Positions 12,691 to 26,300 of a DNA stretch of 64,000 nucleotides are shown here, piece after piece. The position numbers and the translations under genes are program-made. This DNA is from Nemertoderma westbladi (Eukaryota; Animalia; Xenacoelomorpha), in assembly GCA_032718475.1 (NCBI GenBank), contig JAUCBJ010000607.1, positions 158 to 64,157 on the forward strand, read 5' to 3'. Numbering within the stretch: the stretch's first letter is position 1; each line of letters opens with the position of its first letter. A model generated the notes under the pieces. It did not search any database, was not told the DNA's origin, and saw only the letters and a list, made by a program, of their open reading frames with translations.

Positions 12691-15024
12691 ATGTCAACTG
12701 ACGGCACAGAAGATGAGCTGAGAAGGTTAAAGGCCAGTAGAAGAGGGTACAAAAGTAACTGTACACGAACAGAAGCTGTATTACGGTCTGAGATTACTGC
12801 CTTTGAAGACTTAGACCACGACAGACAAGGAAATGTTGAAGTGGAAGCGCTAGATACTGCACTTAACCTTTTCTTGAAGGCTGTTGAAAGGTATGCCGCA
12901 TGTCATGACGAAATCGTCGGTCTTGATGAACAAGAGGATGACGCCACTGAAAGGTATGTAACAAACTTACAAAAACTAACAATATACTTCCAGAAGTACA
13001 TCGGTAACAAGCGGGAAGAGCTAAAGGCTCGCCTACCAATGACGAGTGCCGCACAAGTAATGGGTAAGCCAAGACCCCGCCAGATGGACACCCCTGTCCT
13101 AAGATCACCAGCAGGTCTCACATTGACCGATTTCGAGGACTGGCAACAGCGATGGCATGACTTCGCCGCAGGCACCAGGTTAAATGATGCAGACATAGAC
13201 GCCCGGAGGGGAGTCTTAAGGTCGGCTTTGGACCCTGAGTGGACAAAGCTATGGGCTGAAGGTATAATTGTGATAGGGCCACGTGACGACACCAATTATA
13301 TCCTGAAATGCATGCGTAATTATCTACGTGGTGAACGACATGAGTTATTAGATAGAGTTGCTTTCGTGCAGAGAAAGCAACAGCCAGGTGAAAACATAAC
13401 ACAGTTTTACATGGCGCTTCAAGCTCTAGATAGGGCGTGCGATGTAAAAGAAATATGTGATAAAGCTGACATACATCGACATGATCGCCTATTAACACAA
13501 TTCATGGCAGGCCTAAGAGAGTCTAAACTTCGCCAAGAGGTGCTCAAGACACCAATGAACTGTCTAACAATGGCAGATGTTCTCGCGACAACCAGAGCAC
13601 TCGAGGCTAGTCAGTCTGTAGATATGGCGCTAGAGAAGCCAGGCGTGTTATATAATCCAGTAGCTTCTATGTCTATTTCAGATACCGAAAAAGTGAATGG
13701 GGAATTGTTATGTGCAGTCAAAAGATCGGCATACAAATCACAAATGCAGCAGATAGTAAGGGACTCTCCTGGCATTTCATGTCAGAATTGCGGACGTCCA
13801 CATGGTAAAGATAAATGTTTCGCAAAAAATGTTGATTGTTTTAACTGCGGCAAAAGGGGCCATCTTATAAAGATGTGTCGTGTCAATAAAAAACCGGCCA
13901 GTAGGCAACCGGTTAACAGTATTGACGTTAAAAGCATCGAAATATCTACTGTTTACGATAATAATGAGACTAAGCTCATCACACTATACACAACCAATAC
14001 CGAAAATAGCAGACGCAGTGGTAGCAGACAATGGTTAGCAGACACAGGAGCAAAACGCAATGCTATCAGCCTTCAAGATCTCGCCAAATTGGGAAATAAT
14101 GATGCTGGGGGGCTTATGATGATTCCCGATAGCAATATGCTTATCGGCCCAGATGCAAAGCCGTTAGAGTCTCATGGAAAGGTTAAGCTTACACTGAGAC
14201 TTGGTGAGAAAGAATACCAATGCAAGGCACATGTGCTGGATTATACAAATAATCCAATATTAAGTTATGAAGGGTGCGTTATTCTAGGCCTCATACCTCA
14301 AGGATGGCCACAAGCCAGATGTGATGGCAGTTGTAAAGCAAGTGTGTCTTCGTTGTCATTGATACCTATGGCGTCAGGCAATAATGTCAAGACAGCCACG
14401 GAGTCAGATTCCAATAATAACAGTAAAGATGATGCAATGAAACGAAAGGTTACTGCTATGAAGGAAGCACTCATACATGATTTCCCAGACGTTTTTGCGG
14501 ATGAAGGTCCACTGAGACCCATGAGTGGGCCGCCTATGGATATTATATTAGAAGATGGGGCAATTCCAGTAAAAAAATTTAAACCATATAACGTTCCCAT
14601 CCATTGGGAGGATAAGGTGAAAGAAACGCTGGAAAAGATGAGGAGAAACGGCATCACGAGGAAGGTACCAATAACAGAGGTCACCAATTGGATACATCCA
14701 ATGGTGGTAACACCTAAAAAGAACTCATCAGAGCCAAGAATAACAGTAGATTTCACAGCTTTGAATAAGTATGTAAAAAGGCCAGTGCACCCATCGAAAG
14801 TACCCAAAAATGAAGTAGCCAAAATTCCTAATGGTATGACTATTTTTACTACAATGGATTCACGACATGGGTATTGGCAAGTTCCGCTTACTGATAGTGC
14901 ACGAGATATGACTACTTTCATCACACCATGGGGCAGAGAACAATTTCTCAGAAACCCCATGGGATTGTCTAGTGCCGGTGATGAGCACGATAGCAGAGGC
15001 GACACTGCCATGGAAGGCCTTTGA
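12691..15024 (+). CDS. gag-pol: Gypsy Gag - protease - N-terminal RT
   Basis: Twin zinc knuckles CQNCGRPHGKDKC / CFNCGKRGHLIKMC, protease ADTGA, RT motifs RITVDFTALNK, MDSRHGYWQV, TTFITPWG, NPMGL; ends at CTT TGA inside RT. Confidence 0.9.
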   Translation: MSTDGTEDELRRLKASRRGYKSNCTRTEAVLRSEITAFEDLDHDRQGNVEVEALDTALNLFLKAVERYAACHDEIVGLDEQEDDATERYVTNLQKLTIYFQKYIGNKREELKARLPMTSAAQVMGKPRPRQMDTPVLRSPAGLTLTDFEDWQQRWHDFAAGTRLNDADIDARRGVLRSALDPEWTKLWAEGIIVIGPRDDTNYILKCMRNYLRGERHELLDRVAFVQRKQQPGENITQFYMALQALDRACDVKEICDKADIHRHDRLLTQFMAGLRESKLRQEVLKTPMNCLTMADVLATTRALEASQSVDMALEKPGVLYNPVASMSISDTEKVNGELLCAVKRSAYKSQMQQIVRDSPGISCQNCGRPHGKDKCFAKNVDCFNCGKRGHLIKMCRVNKKPASRQPVNSIDVKSIEISTVYDNNETKLITLYTTNTENSRRSGSRQWLADTGAKRNAISLQDLAKLGNNDAGGLMMIPDSNMLIGPDAKPLESHGKVKLTLRLGEKEYQCKAHVLDYTNNPILSYEGCVILGLIPQGWPQARCDGSCKASVSSLSLIPMASGNNVKTATESDSNNNSKDDAMKRKVTAMKEALIHDFPDVFADEGPLRPMSGPPMDIILEDGAIPVKKFKPYNVPIHWEDKVKETLEKMRRNGITRKVPITEVTNWIHPMVVTPKKNSSEPRITVDFTALNKYVKRPVHPSKVPKNEVAKIPNGMTIFTTMDSRHGYWQVPLTDSARDMTTFITPWGREQFLRNPMGLSSAGDEHDSRGDTAMEGL

Positions 15025-17320
15025 TAATTTTAAGAAGGTGGTTGAAGATGTCATCGTATATGACACCAACATAGATGATCATGAACGGAGGGTGCGTTCT
15101 ATCTTACAACGTTTTAATGACAATGGTATAACGCTTAGTAAGCGCAAATTCATGTTTGGGCAACCTGAAGTAGAATGGTGCGGTTATGTTGTCAATCAAA
15201 ATGGTTATAGTGTTAACCCTTCCCTGACAAGTGCACTCAGAAACTTCCCAGAGCCGAAGTCAACAACTGATGTGAGATCATTCTGTGGCCTTATCCAACA
15301 ATTTCAGGCCTTCACACCAGACTTGGCACAAGCAGCAGAACCTCTTATGGCTCTAACCTCGCATAAGACCCGGTTTATATGGGAAGCAGACCAAAGAAAG
15401 GCTTTTAAATCAATAATAGAGATCCTTATGTCCCCTAGAGTACTCACTAACTTCATACCTGACGCTCCACTACGGTTAGAAACTGATGCAGCCCAATCAA
15501 AAGGTCTAGGATTTGCACTATGGCAACAAGACAAAGCAGGTATATGGAAGCTACTGCAGTGCGGTTCTAGAACATTGACGACAACTGAATCGAGATACTC
15601 AGCTACTGAAATAGAACTCCTTGGCGTAGTATGGGCCACTCACAAGAGCAAATTATTTCTTCAGGGGGCTCATTTTGAGCTCATTGTAGACCATAAACCT
15701 CTCATATCCATCATTAATGGAAAAACATTAGACCAAATCGAGACACCACGAATCATTCGTTTAAAAGAAAAGCTTGCCTGCTACAGACCTTCTGCTATAT
15801 GGAGACAAGGAATTACACATACAGTAGTAGACACATTTTCTAGGTTCCCAGTTTCACATCCAACGACAGAAGATGAACAAGGTGAGACCGAAATAGAAGA
15901 GTTCGCTCACACCTCGTTGTTAAGCGCAGCACACAGCCTTAATACAGTAAATGTCTCTCCACCCACGACAAACACCAAGGGTGTAGGCTGGGAAAAGGTT
16001 AAACAAGAGGCAAATCGTGACCCAGCTTATTTTGAACTTCGTAAGCTAATCGCTTCAGGATTTCCACCCACCAAACACATGGTTAGTGAAATGTTAAGAC
16101 CATATTGGAATTTTCGTAATGGGCTATCAATTGTTGACAATGTGGTCATGTATGCAGAGAATCGCATTGTTATACCCGTAGCCATGCGTAAAGTTGTTTT
16201 AAAAGAATTGCATGCAGCACACCAAGGGCGTGACAGAGCCCTCAGAAGGGCACGGATGTGCGTCTTTTGGCCTGGCATCAGCAATGACATAGGGACATTA
16301 GTTTCGGAGTGTAATGAGTGCGAGGTCCATAAAGCTAGTAATCGGAAGGAACCTATGATGGCTGATGTGCGACCCACAAGGCCTGGTGAATCAATAGCGG
16401 CTGATTTCTTCGCCCATGCTGCTAAAGAATATCTAGTTATCACCGATAAATACTCAGGATGGCCTGATGTTTTCGAATGTGGGCACGGTGGGGTTGACAC
16501 CTATACTACTAAGAAGAAATTCAGAGTTTGGTTTACAAATATGGGCATTCCTGATAGGCTCACAACGGATGGGGGGCCACAATTTAGAACTGAATTTAAA
16601 AACTTTTGTCAAGAATGGGGAATTAACCATCAACCATCTTCACCATACAACCATGAATCCAATGGATACGCAGAAGCGGCAGTAAGATGTATCAAAGATT
16701 TGGTTGTAAAGGTATGTCCAAAGGGCGATATTTCGACAGATGAATTCGCAAACGCGTTACTGGAATACAGAAACACACCCCGTGCCGATGGTCTCAGCCC
16801 GGCTCAGCGGGTCATAGGAAGGCAGTTGAGAAGTAAGTTGCCAACGTCTGCAACATCATTCAAAAATGTAGATGAACATGATATACAATTTGCCAATGTT
16901 AAAGCCGCACATAATCAGAGAATCTCAAAGGAATTGTATGACAGAGGTACTCGTGAAATAACCAATTTCACACAAGGAGACCGGGTCAGAATTCAGCACC
17001 ACCAGACGAAGAAATGGGACCTGAAAGGTACTATTATCAAGGATTGTTCAAGGAACCGCAGTTACCTAATTGCTGCTGACAATGGACGAGAGTACTGGAG
17101 AAACCGCCGCTTCCTTCGCCTTCTTAGCGATGGAGAACCAGAAAACCACAGAGAACCAGAGAACAAGGAGGAAGTAGTCCAACAAGGTGGTAATAGTATA
17201 GATCACGATCAGAAGCAATACAGCGACAATGATCATGATGACATCGACGGTGATGGCGTTTGGACTTATGTAAGACGCAGCAAGCGTGATAAAAAAAAAC
17301 CCGATAGACTAATGTTATGA
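15023..17320 (+). CDS. pol: Gypsy Pol continuation in the +1 frame: RT C-terminus, RNase H, integrase
   Basis: KVVEDVIVY at the YxDD position, RNase H ETDAA/IELLG/VDHKPL, integrase HAAHQG..CNEC, ADFF, TDGGPQF, SNGYAE. Confidence 0.9.
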   Translation, partial: DNFKKVVEDVIVYDTNIDDHERRVRSILQRFNDNGITLSKRKFMFGQPEVEWCGYVVNQNGYSVNPSLTSALRNFPEPKSTTDVRSFCGLIQQFQAFTPDLAQAAEPLMALTSHKTRFIWEADQRKAFKSIIEILMSPRVLTNFIPDAPLRLETDAAQSKGLGFALWQQDKAGIWKLLQCGSRTLTTTESRYSATEIELLGVVWATHKSKLFLQGAHFELIVDHKPLISIINGKTLDQIETPRIIRLKEKLACYRPSAIWRQGITHTVVDTFSRFPVSHPTTEDEQGETEIEEFAHTSLLSAAHSLNTVNVSPPTTNTKGVGWEKVKQEANRDPAYFELRKLIASGFPPTKHMVSEMLRPYWNFRNGLSIVDNVVMYAENRIVIPVAMRKVVLKELHAAHQGRDRALRRARMCVFWPGISNDIGTLVSECNECEVHKASNRKEPMMADVRPTRPGESIAADFFAHAAKEYLVITDKYSGWPDVFECGHGGVDTYTTKKKFRVWFTNMGIPDRLTTDGGPQFRTEFKNFCQEWGINHQPSSPYNHESNGYAEAAVRCIKDLVVKVCPKGDISTDEFANALLEYRNTPRADGLSPAQRVIGRQLRSKLPTSATSFKNVDEHDIQFANVKAAHNQRISKELYDRGTREITNFTQGDRVRIQHHQTKKWDLKGTIIKDCSRNRSYLIAADNGREYWRNRRFLRLLSDGEPENHREPENKEEVVQQGGNSIDHDQKQYSDNDHDDIDGDGVWTYVRRSKRDKKKPDRLML

Positions 17321-20300
17321 ATATATATGACTCACAAACGATATTGATACTAAAGGACTCATAGGGGAATGGGCTCATATCGAACTAAAAAGACTTAAGG
17401 GGGGGCATGGTGTAGTATGCAATAATGCCGCATCAATATTAGTGTAAAGCACCTCATCACAATGTATGTATTCATTGTTTGCATAGTGGGATTAAGCAGA
17501 TGGTGGAGGGCTATTACATCCATGTATATTATGCAATGTGTACCTTAGATTCATTGACATTGCGTTTATATTTTATACATTATATTATTATTATATAATA
17601 CCACATTATTAAACTCATTTTATACCAAGTTAATAGTTCAGTGTAAGTAACAATAAACTACTGTAAATATTACCCTCCATCACTGTTAGTAGAACAGGAG
17701 TCATTCACTATTGAGTTAATAGATAGTTCAGTGTAAGTAACAATAAACTACTGTAAATATTACCCTCCATCACTGTTAGTAGAACAGGAGTCATTCACTA
17801 TTGAGTTAATAGTTCAGTGTAAGTAACAATAAACTACTGTAAATATTACCCTCCGTCACTGTTAGTAGAACAGGAGTCATTCACTATTGAGTTAATAGTT
17901 CAGTGTAAGTAACAATAAACTACTGTAAATATTACCCTCCATCACTGTTAGTAGAACAGGAGTCATTCACTATTGAGTTAATAGTTCAGTGTAAGTATCA
18001 ATAAACTAGTGTAAATATTACCCTCCATCACTGTTAGTAGAACTGGAGTCATTCACTATTGAGTTAATAGTTCAGTGTAAGTAATAATAAACTACTGTAA
18101 ATATTACCTTCCATCACTGTTAGTAGAACTGGAGTCATTCACTATTGAGTTAATAGTTCAGTGTAAGTAACAATAAACTACTGTAAATATTACCCTCCAT
18201 CACTGTTAGTAGAACAGGAGTCATTCACTATTGAGTTAATAGTTCAGTGTAAGTATCAATAAACTAGTGTAAATATTACCCTCCATCACTGTTAGTAGAA
18301 CAGGAGTCATTCACTATTGAGTTAATAGTTCAGTGTAAGTAACAATAAACTACTGTAAATATTACCCTCCATCACTGTTAGTAGAACTGGAGTCATTCAC
18401 TATTGAGTTAATTGTTCAGTGTAAGTAACAATAAACTACTGTAAATATTACCCTCCATCACTGTTAGTAGAACAGGAGTCATTCCCTATTGAGTTAATAG
18501 TTCAGTGTAAGTAACAATAAACTACTGTAAATATTACCCTCCATCACTGTTAGTAGAACAGGAGTCATTCACTATTGAGTTAATAGTTCAGTGTAAGTAA
18601 TAATAAACTACTGTAAATATTACCCTCCATCACTGTTAGTAGAACAGGAGTCATTCACTATTGAGTTAATAGATAGTTCAGTGTAAGTAACAATAAACTA
18701 CTGTAAATATTACCCTGCATCACTGTTAGTAGAACTGGAGTCATTCACTATTGAGTTAATAGTTCAGTGTAAGTAATAATAAACTACTGTAAATATTACC
18801 CTCCATCACTGTTAGTAGAACTGGAGTCATTCACTATTGAGTTAATAGTTCAGTGTAAGTAACAATAAACTACTGTAAATATTACCCTCCATCACTGTTA
18901 GTAGAACAGGAGTCATTCACTATTGAGTTAATAGTTCAGTGTAAGTAATAATAAACTACTGTAAATAGTACCCTCCATCACTGTTAGTAGAACTGGAGTC
19001 ATTCACTATTGAGTTAATAGTTCAGTGTAAGTAACAATAAACTACTGTAAATATTACCCTCCATCACTGTTAGTAGAACAGGAGTCATTCACTATTGAGT
19101 TAATAGTTCAGTGTAAGTAATAATAAACTACTGTAAATATTACCCTCCATCACTGTTAGTAGAACAGGAGTCATTCACTATTGAGTTAATAGTTCAGTGT
19201 AAGTAACAATAAACTACTGTAAATATTACCATCCATCACTGTTAGTAGAACAGGAGTCATTCACTATTGAGTTAATAGTTCAGTGTAAGTAACAATAAAC
19301 TACTGTAAATATTACCCTCCATCGCTGTTAGTAGAACGGGAGGAGTCATTCACTATTGAGTTAATAGTTCAGTGTAAGTAACAATAAACTACTGTAAATA
19401 TTACCATCCATCACTGTTAGTAGAACAGGAGTCATTCACTATTGAGTTAATAGTTCAGTGTAAGTAACAATAAACTACTGTAAATATTACCCTCTATCGC
19501 TGTTAGTAGAACAGGAGTCATTCACTATTGAGTTAATAGTTCAGTGTAAGTAACATTAAACTACTGTAAATATTACCCTCCATCACTGTTAGTAGAACAG
19601 GAGTCATTCACTATTGAGTTAATAGTTCAGTGTAAGTAACAATAAACTACTGTAAATATTACCCTCCATCACTGTTAGTAGAACTGGAGTCATTCACTAT
19701 TGAGTTAATAGTTCAGTGTAAGTAACAATAAACTACTGTAAATATTACCCTCCATCACTGTTAGTAGAACAGGAGTCATTCACTATTGAGTTAATAGTTC
19801 AGTATAAGTAACAATAAACTACTGTAAATAGTAGAACTGGAGTCATTCACTATTGAGTTAATAGTTCAGTGTAAGTAACAATAAACTACTGTAAATATTA
19901 CCCTCCATCACTGTTAGTAGAACTGGAGTCATTCACTATTGAGTTAATAGTTCAGTGTAAGTAACAATAAACTACTGTAAATATTACCCTCCATCACTGT
20001 TAGTAGAACAGGAGTCATTCACTATTACTATTGAGTTAATAGTTCAGTGTAAGTAACAATAAACTACTGTAAATATGACCCTCCATCACTGTTAGTAGAA
20101 CAGGAGTCATTCACTATTGAGTTAATAGTTCAGTGTAAGTAACATTAAACTACTGTAAATATTACCCTCCATCACTGTTAGTAGAACAGGAGTCATTCAC
20201 TATTGAGTTAATAGTTCAGTGTAAGTAACAATAAACTACTGTAAATATTACCCTCCATCACTGTTAGTAGAACTGGAGTCATTCACTATTGAGTTAATAG

Positions 20301-23300
20301 TTCAGTGTAAGTAACAATAAACTACTGTAAATATTACCCTCCATCACTGTTAGTAGAACAGGAGTCATTCACTATTGAGTTAATAGTTCAGTGTAAGTAA
20401 CAATAAACTACTGTAAATATTACCCTCCATCACTGTTAGTAGAACTGGAGTCATTCACTATTGAGTTAATAGTTCAGTGTAAGTAACAATAAACTACTGT
20501 AAATATTACCCTCCATCACTGTTAGTAGAACTGGAGTCATTCACTATTGAGTTAATAGTTCAGTGTAAGTAACAATAAACTACTGTAAATATTACCCTCC
20601 ATCACTGTTAGTAGAACTGGAGTCATTCACTATTGAGTTAATAGTTCAGTGTAAGTAACAATAAACTACTGTAAATATTACCCTCCATCACTGTTAGTAG
20701 AACTGGAGTCATTCACTATTGAGTTAATAGTTCAGTGTAAGTAACAATAAACTACTGTAAATATTACCCTCCATCACTGTTAGTAGAACTGGAGTCATTC
20801 ACTATTGAGTTAATAGTTCAGTGTAAGTAACAATAAACTACTGTAAATATTACCCTCCATCACTGTTAGTAGAACTGGAGTCATTCACTATTGAGTTAAT
20901 AGTTCAGTATAAGTAACAATAAACTACTGTAAATATTACCCTCCATCACTGTTAGTAGAACTGGAGTCATTCACTATTGAGTTAATAGTTCAGTGTAAGT
21001 AACAATAAACTACTGTAAATATTACCCTCCATCACTGTTAGTAGAACTGGAGTCATTCACTATTGAGTTAATAGTTCAGTGTAAGTAACAATAAACTACT
21101 GTAAATATTACCCTCCATCACTGTTAGTAGAACTGGAGTCATTCACTATTGAGTTAATAGTTCAGTGTAAGTAACAATAAACTACTGTAAATATTACCCT
21201 CCATCACTGTTAGTAGAACTGGAGTCATTCACTATTGAGTTAATAGTTCAGTGTAAGTAACAATAAACTACTGTAAATATTACCCTCCATCACTGTTAGT
21301 AGAACTGGAGTCATTCACTATTGAGTTAATAGTTCAGTGTAAGTAACAATAAACTACTGTAAATATTACCCTCCATCACTGTTAGTAGAACTGGAGTCAT
21401 TCACTATTGAGTTAATAGTTCAGTGTAAGTAACAATAAACTACTGTAAATATTACCCTCCATCACTGTTAGTAGAACTGGAGTCATTCACTATTGAGTTA
21501 ATAGTTCAGTGTAAGTAACAATAAACTACTGTAAATATTACCCTCCATCACTGTTAGTAGAACTGGAGTCATTCACTATTGAGTTAATAGTTCAGTATAA
21601 GTAACAATAAACTACTGTAAATATTACCCTCCATCACTGTTAGTAGAACTGGAGTCATTCACTATTGAGTTAATAGTTCAGTGTAAGTAACAATAAACTA
21701 CTGTAAATATTACCCTCCATCACTGTTAGTAGAACTGGAGTCATTCACTATTGAGTTAATAGTTCAGTGTAAGTAACAATAAACTACTGTAAATATTACC
21801 CTCCATCACTGTTAGTAGAACTGGAGTCATTCACTATTGAGTTAATAGTTCAGTGTAAGTAACAATAAACTACTGTAAATATTACCCTCCATCACTGTTA
21901 GTAGAACTGGAGTCATTCACTATTGAGTTAATAGTTCAGTGTAAGTAACAATAAACTACTGTAAATATTACCCTCCATCACTGTTAGTAGAACTGGAGTC
22001 ATTCACTATTGAGTTAATAGTTCAGTATAAGTAACAATAAACTACTGTAAATATTACCCTCCATCACTGTTAGTAGAACTGGAGTCATTCACTATTGAGT
22101 TAATAGTTCAGTGTAAGTAACAATAAACTACTGTAAATATTACCCTCCATCACTGTTAGTAGAACTGGAGTCATTCACTATTGAGTTAATAGTTCAGTGT
22201 AAGTAACAATAAACTACTGTAAATATTACCCTCCATCACTGTTAGTAGAACTGGAGTCATTCACTATTGAGTTAATAGTTCAGTGTAAGTAACAATAAAC
22301 TACTGTAAATATTACCCTCCATCACTGTTAGTAGAACAGGAGTCATTCACTATTACTATTGAGTTAATAGTTCAGTGTAAGTAACAATAAACTACTGTAA
22401 ATATTACCCTCCATCACTGTTAGTAGAACAGGAGTCATTCACTATTGAGTTAATAGTTCAGTGTAAGTAACAATAAACTACTGTAAATATTACCCTCCAT
22501 CACTGTTAGTAGAACAGGAGTCATTCACTATTGAGTTAATAGTTCAGTGTAAGTAACAATGAACTACTGTAAATATTACCCTCCATCACTGTTAGTAGAA
22601 CAGGAGTCATTCACTATTGAATTAATAGTTCAGTGTAAGTAACAATAAACTACTGTAAATATTACCCTCCATCACTGTTAGTAGAACAGGAGTCATTCAC
22701 TATTGAGTTAATAGTTCAGTGTAAGTAACAATGAACTACTGTAAATATTACCCTCCATCACTGTTAGTAGAACAGGAGTCATTCACTATTGAGTTAATAG
22801 TTCAGTGTAAGTAATAATAAACTACTGTAAATATTACCCTCCATCACTGTTAGTAGAACAGGAGTCATTCACTATTGAGTTAATAGATAGTTCAGTGTAA
22901 GTAACAATAAACTACTGTAAATATTACCCTGCATCACTGTTAGTAGAACTGGAGTCATTCACTATTGAGTTAATAGTTCAGTGTAAGTAATAATAAACTA
23001 CTGTAAATATTACCCTCCATCACTGTTAGTAGAACTGGAGTCATTCACTATTGAGTTAATAGTTCAGTGTAAGTAACAATAAACTACTGTAAATATTACC
23101 CTCCATCACTGTTAGTAGAACAGGAGTCATTCACTATTGAGTTAATAGTTCAGTGTAAGTAACAATAAACTACTGTAAATATTACCCTCCATCACTGTTA
23201 GTAGAACTGGAGTCATTCACTATTGAGTTAATAGTTCAGTGTAAGTAACAATAAACTACTGTAAATATTACCCTCCATCACTGTTAGTAGAACTGGAGTC

Positions 23301-26300
23301 ATTCACTATTGAGTTAATAGTTCAGTGTAAGTAACAATAAACTACTGTAAATATTACCCTCCATCACTGTTAGTAGAACAGGAGTCATTCACTATTGAGT
23401 TAATAGTTCAGTGTAAGTAACAATAAACTACTGTAAATATTACCCTCCATCACTGTTAGTAGAACTGGAGTCATTCACTATTGAGTTAATAGTTCAGTGT
23501 AAGTAACAATAAACTACTGTAAATATTACCCTCCATCACTGTTAGTAGAACTGGAGTCATTCACTATTGAGTTAATAGTTCAGTGTAAGTAACAATAAAC
23601 TACTGTAAATATTACCCTCCATCACTGTTAGTAGAACAGGAGTCATTCACTATTGAGTTAATAGTTCAGTGTAAGTAACAATAAACTACTGTAAATATTA
23701 CCCTCCATCACTGTTAGTAGAACAGGAGTCATTCACTATTGAGTTAATAGTTCAGTGTAAGTAACAATAAACTACTGTAAATATTACCCTCCATCACTGT
23801 TAGTAGAACAGGAGTCATTCACTATTGAGTTAATAGTTCAGTGTAAGTAACAATAAACTACTGTAAATATTACCCTCCATCACTGTTAGTAGAACAGGAG
23901 TCATTCACTATTGAGTTAATAGTTCAGTGTAAGTAACAATAAACTACTGTAAATATTACCCTCCATCACTGTTAGTAGAACAGGAGTCATTCACTATTGA
24001 GTTAATAGTTCAGTGTAAGTAACAATAAACTACTGTAAATATTACCCTCCATCACTGTTAGTAGAACAGGAGTCATTCACTATTGAGTTAATAGTTCAGT
24101 GTAAGTAACAATAAACTACTGTAAATATTACCCTCCATCACTGTTAGTAGAACAGGAGTCATTCACTATTGAGTTAATAGTTCAGTGTAAGTAACAATAA
24201 ACTACTGTAAATATTACCCTCCATCACTGTTAGTAGAACAGGAGTCATTCACTATTGAGTTAATAGTTCAGTGTAAGTAACAATAAACTACTGTAAATAT
24301 TACCCTCCATCACTGTTAGTAGAACAGGAGTCATTCACTATTGAGTTAATAGTTCAGTGTAAGTAACAATAAACTACTGTAAATATTACCCTCCATCACT
24401 GTTAGTAGAACAGGAGTCATTCACTATTGAGTTAATAGTTCAGTGTAAGTAACAATAAACTACTGTAAATATTACCCTCCATCACTGTTAGTAGAACAGG
24501 AGTCATTCACTATTGAGTTAATAGTTCAGTGTAAGTAACAATAAACTACTGTAAATATTACCCTCCATCACTGTTAGTAGAACAGGAGTCATTCACTATT
24601 GAGTTAATAGTTCAGTGTAAGTAACAATAAACTACTGTAAATATTACCCTCCATCACTGTTAGTAGAACAGGAGTCATTCACTATTGAGTTAATAGTTCA
24701 GTGTAAGTAACAATAAACTACTGTAAATATTACCCTCCATCACTGTTAGTAGAACAGGAGTCATTCACTATTGAGTTAATAGTTCAGTGTAAGTAACAAT
24801 AAACTACTGTAAATATTACCCTCCATCACTGTTAGTAGAACAGGAGTCATTCACTATTGAGTTAATAGTTCAGTGTAAGTAACAATAAACTACTGTAAAT
24901 ATTACCCTCCATCACTGTTAGTAGAACAGGAGTCATTCACTATTGAGTTAATAGTTCAGTGTAAGTAACAATAAACTACTGTAAATATTACCCTCCATCA
25001 CTGTTAGTAGAACAGGAGTCATTCACTATTGAGTTAATAGTTCAGTGTAAGTAACAATAAACTACTGTAAATATTACCCTCCATCACTGTTAGTAGAACA
25101 GGAGTCATTCACTATTGAGTTAATAGTTCAGTGTAAGTAACAATAAACTACTGTAAATATTACCCTCCATCACTGTTAGTAGAACAGGAGTCATTCACTA
25201 TTGAGTTAATAGTTCAGTGTAAGTAACAATAAACTACTGTAAATATTACCCTCCATCACTGTTAGTAGAACAGGAGTCATTCACTATTGAGTTAATAGTT
25301 CAGTGTAAGTAACAATAAACTACTGTAAATATTACCCTCCATCACTGTTAGTAGAACAGGAGTCATTCACTATTGAGTTAATAGTTCAGTGTAAGTAACA
25401 ATAAACTACTGTAAATATTACCCTCCATCACTGTTAGTAGAACAGGAGTCATTCACTATTGAGTTAATAGTTCAGTGTAAGTAACAATAAACTACTGTAA
25501 ATATTACCCTCCATCACTGTTAGTAGAACAGGAGTCATTCACTATTGAGTTAATAGTTCAGTGTAAGTAACAATAAACTACTGTAAATATTACCCTCCAT
25601 CACTGTTAGTAGAACAGGAGTCATTCACTATTGAGTTAATAGTTCAGTGTAAGTAACAATAAACTACTGTAAATATTACCCTCCATCACTGTTAGTAGAA
25701 CAGGAGTCATTCACTATTGAGTTAATAGTTCAGTGTAAGTAACAATAAACTACTGTAAATATTACCCTCCATCACTGTTAGTAGAACAGGAGTCATTCAC
25801 TATTGAGTTAATAGTTCAGTGTAAGTAACAATAAACTACTGTAAATATTACCCTCCATCACTGTTAGTAGAACAGGAGTCATTCACTATTGAGTTAATAG
25901 TTCAGTGTAAGTAACAATAAACTACTGTAAATATTACCCTCCATCACTGTTAGTAGAACAGGAGTCATTCACTATTGAGTTAATAGTTCAGTGTAAGTAA
26001 CAATAAACTACTGTAAATATTACCCTCCATCACTGTTAGTAGAACAGGAGTCATTCACTATTGAGTTAATAGTTCAGTGTAAGTAACAATAAACTACTGT
26101 AAATATTACCCTCCATCACTGTTAGTAGAACAGGAGTCATTCACTATTGAGTTAATAGTTCAGTGTAAGTAACAATAAACTACTGTAAATATTACCCTCC
26201 ATCACTGTTAGTAGAACAGGAGTCATTCACTATTGAGTTAATAGTTCCAGTGTAAGTAACAATAAACTACTGTAAATATTACCCTCCATCACTGTTAGTA

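Larger units (their letters stand above)
12354..17627 (+). mobile_element. Full-length Ty3/Gypsy LTR retrotransposon (Mag-like)
   Basis: 220-bp LTRs (12354-12573, 17408-17627), TG...CA, identical by eye; 5-bp TSD agtta; PBS tggcgcagt at 12574; purine tract aaggggggg before the 3' LTR; domain order gag-PR-RT-RH-IN. Confidence 0.96.

Noticed and set aside
12676-17320. Both Gypsy ORFs being exactly 782 aa
   Set aside because: Coincidence of ORF-caller start choices around a single frameshift.
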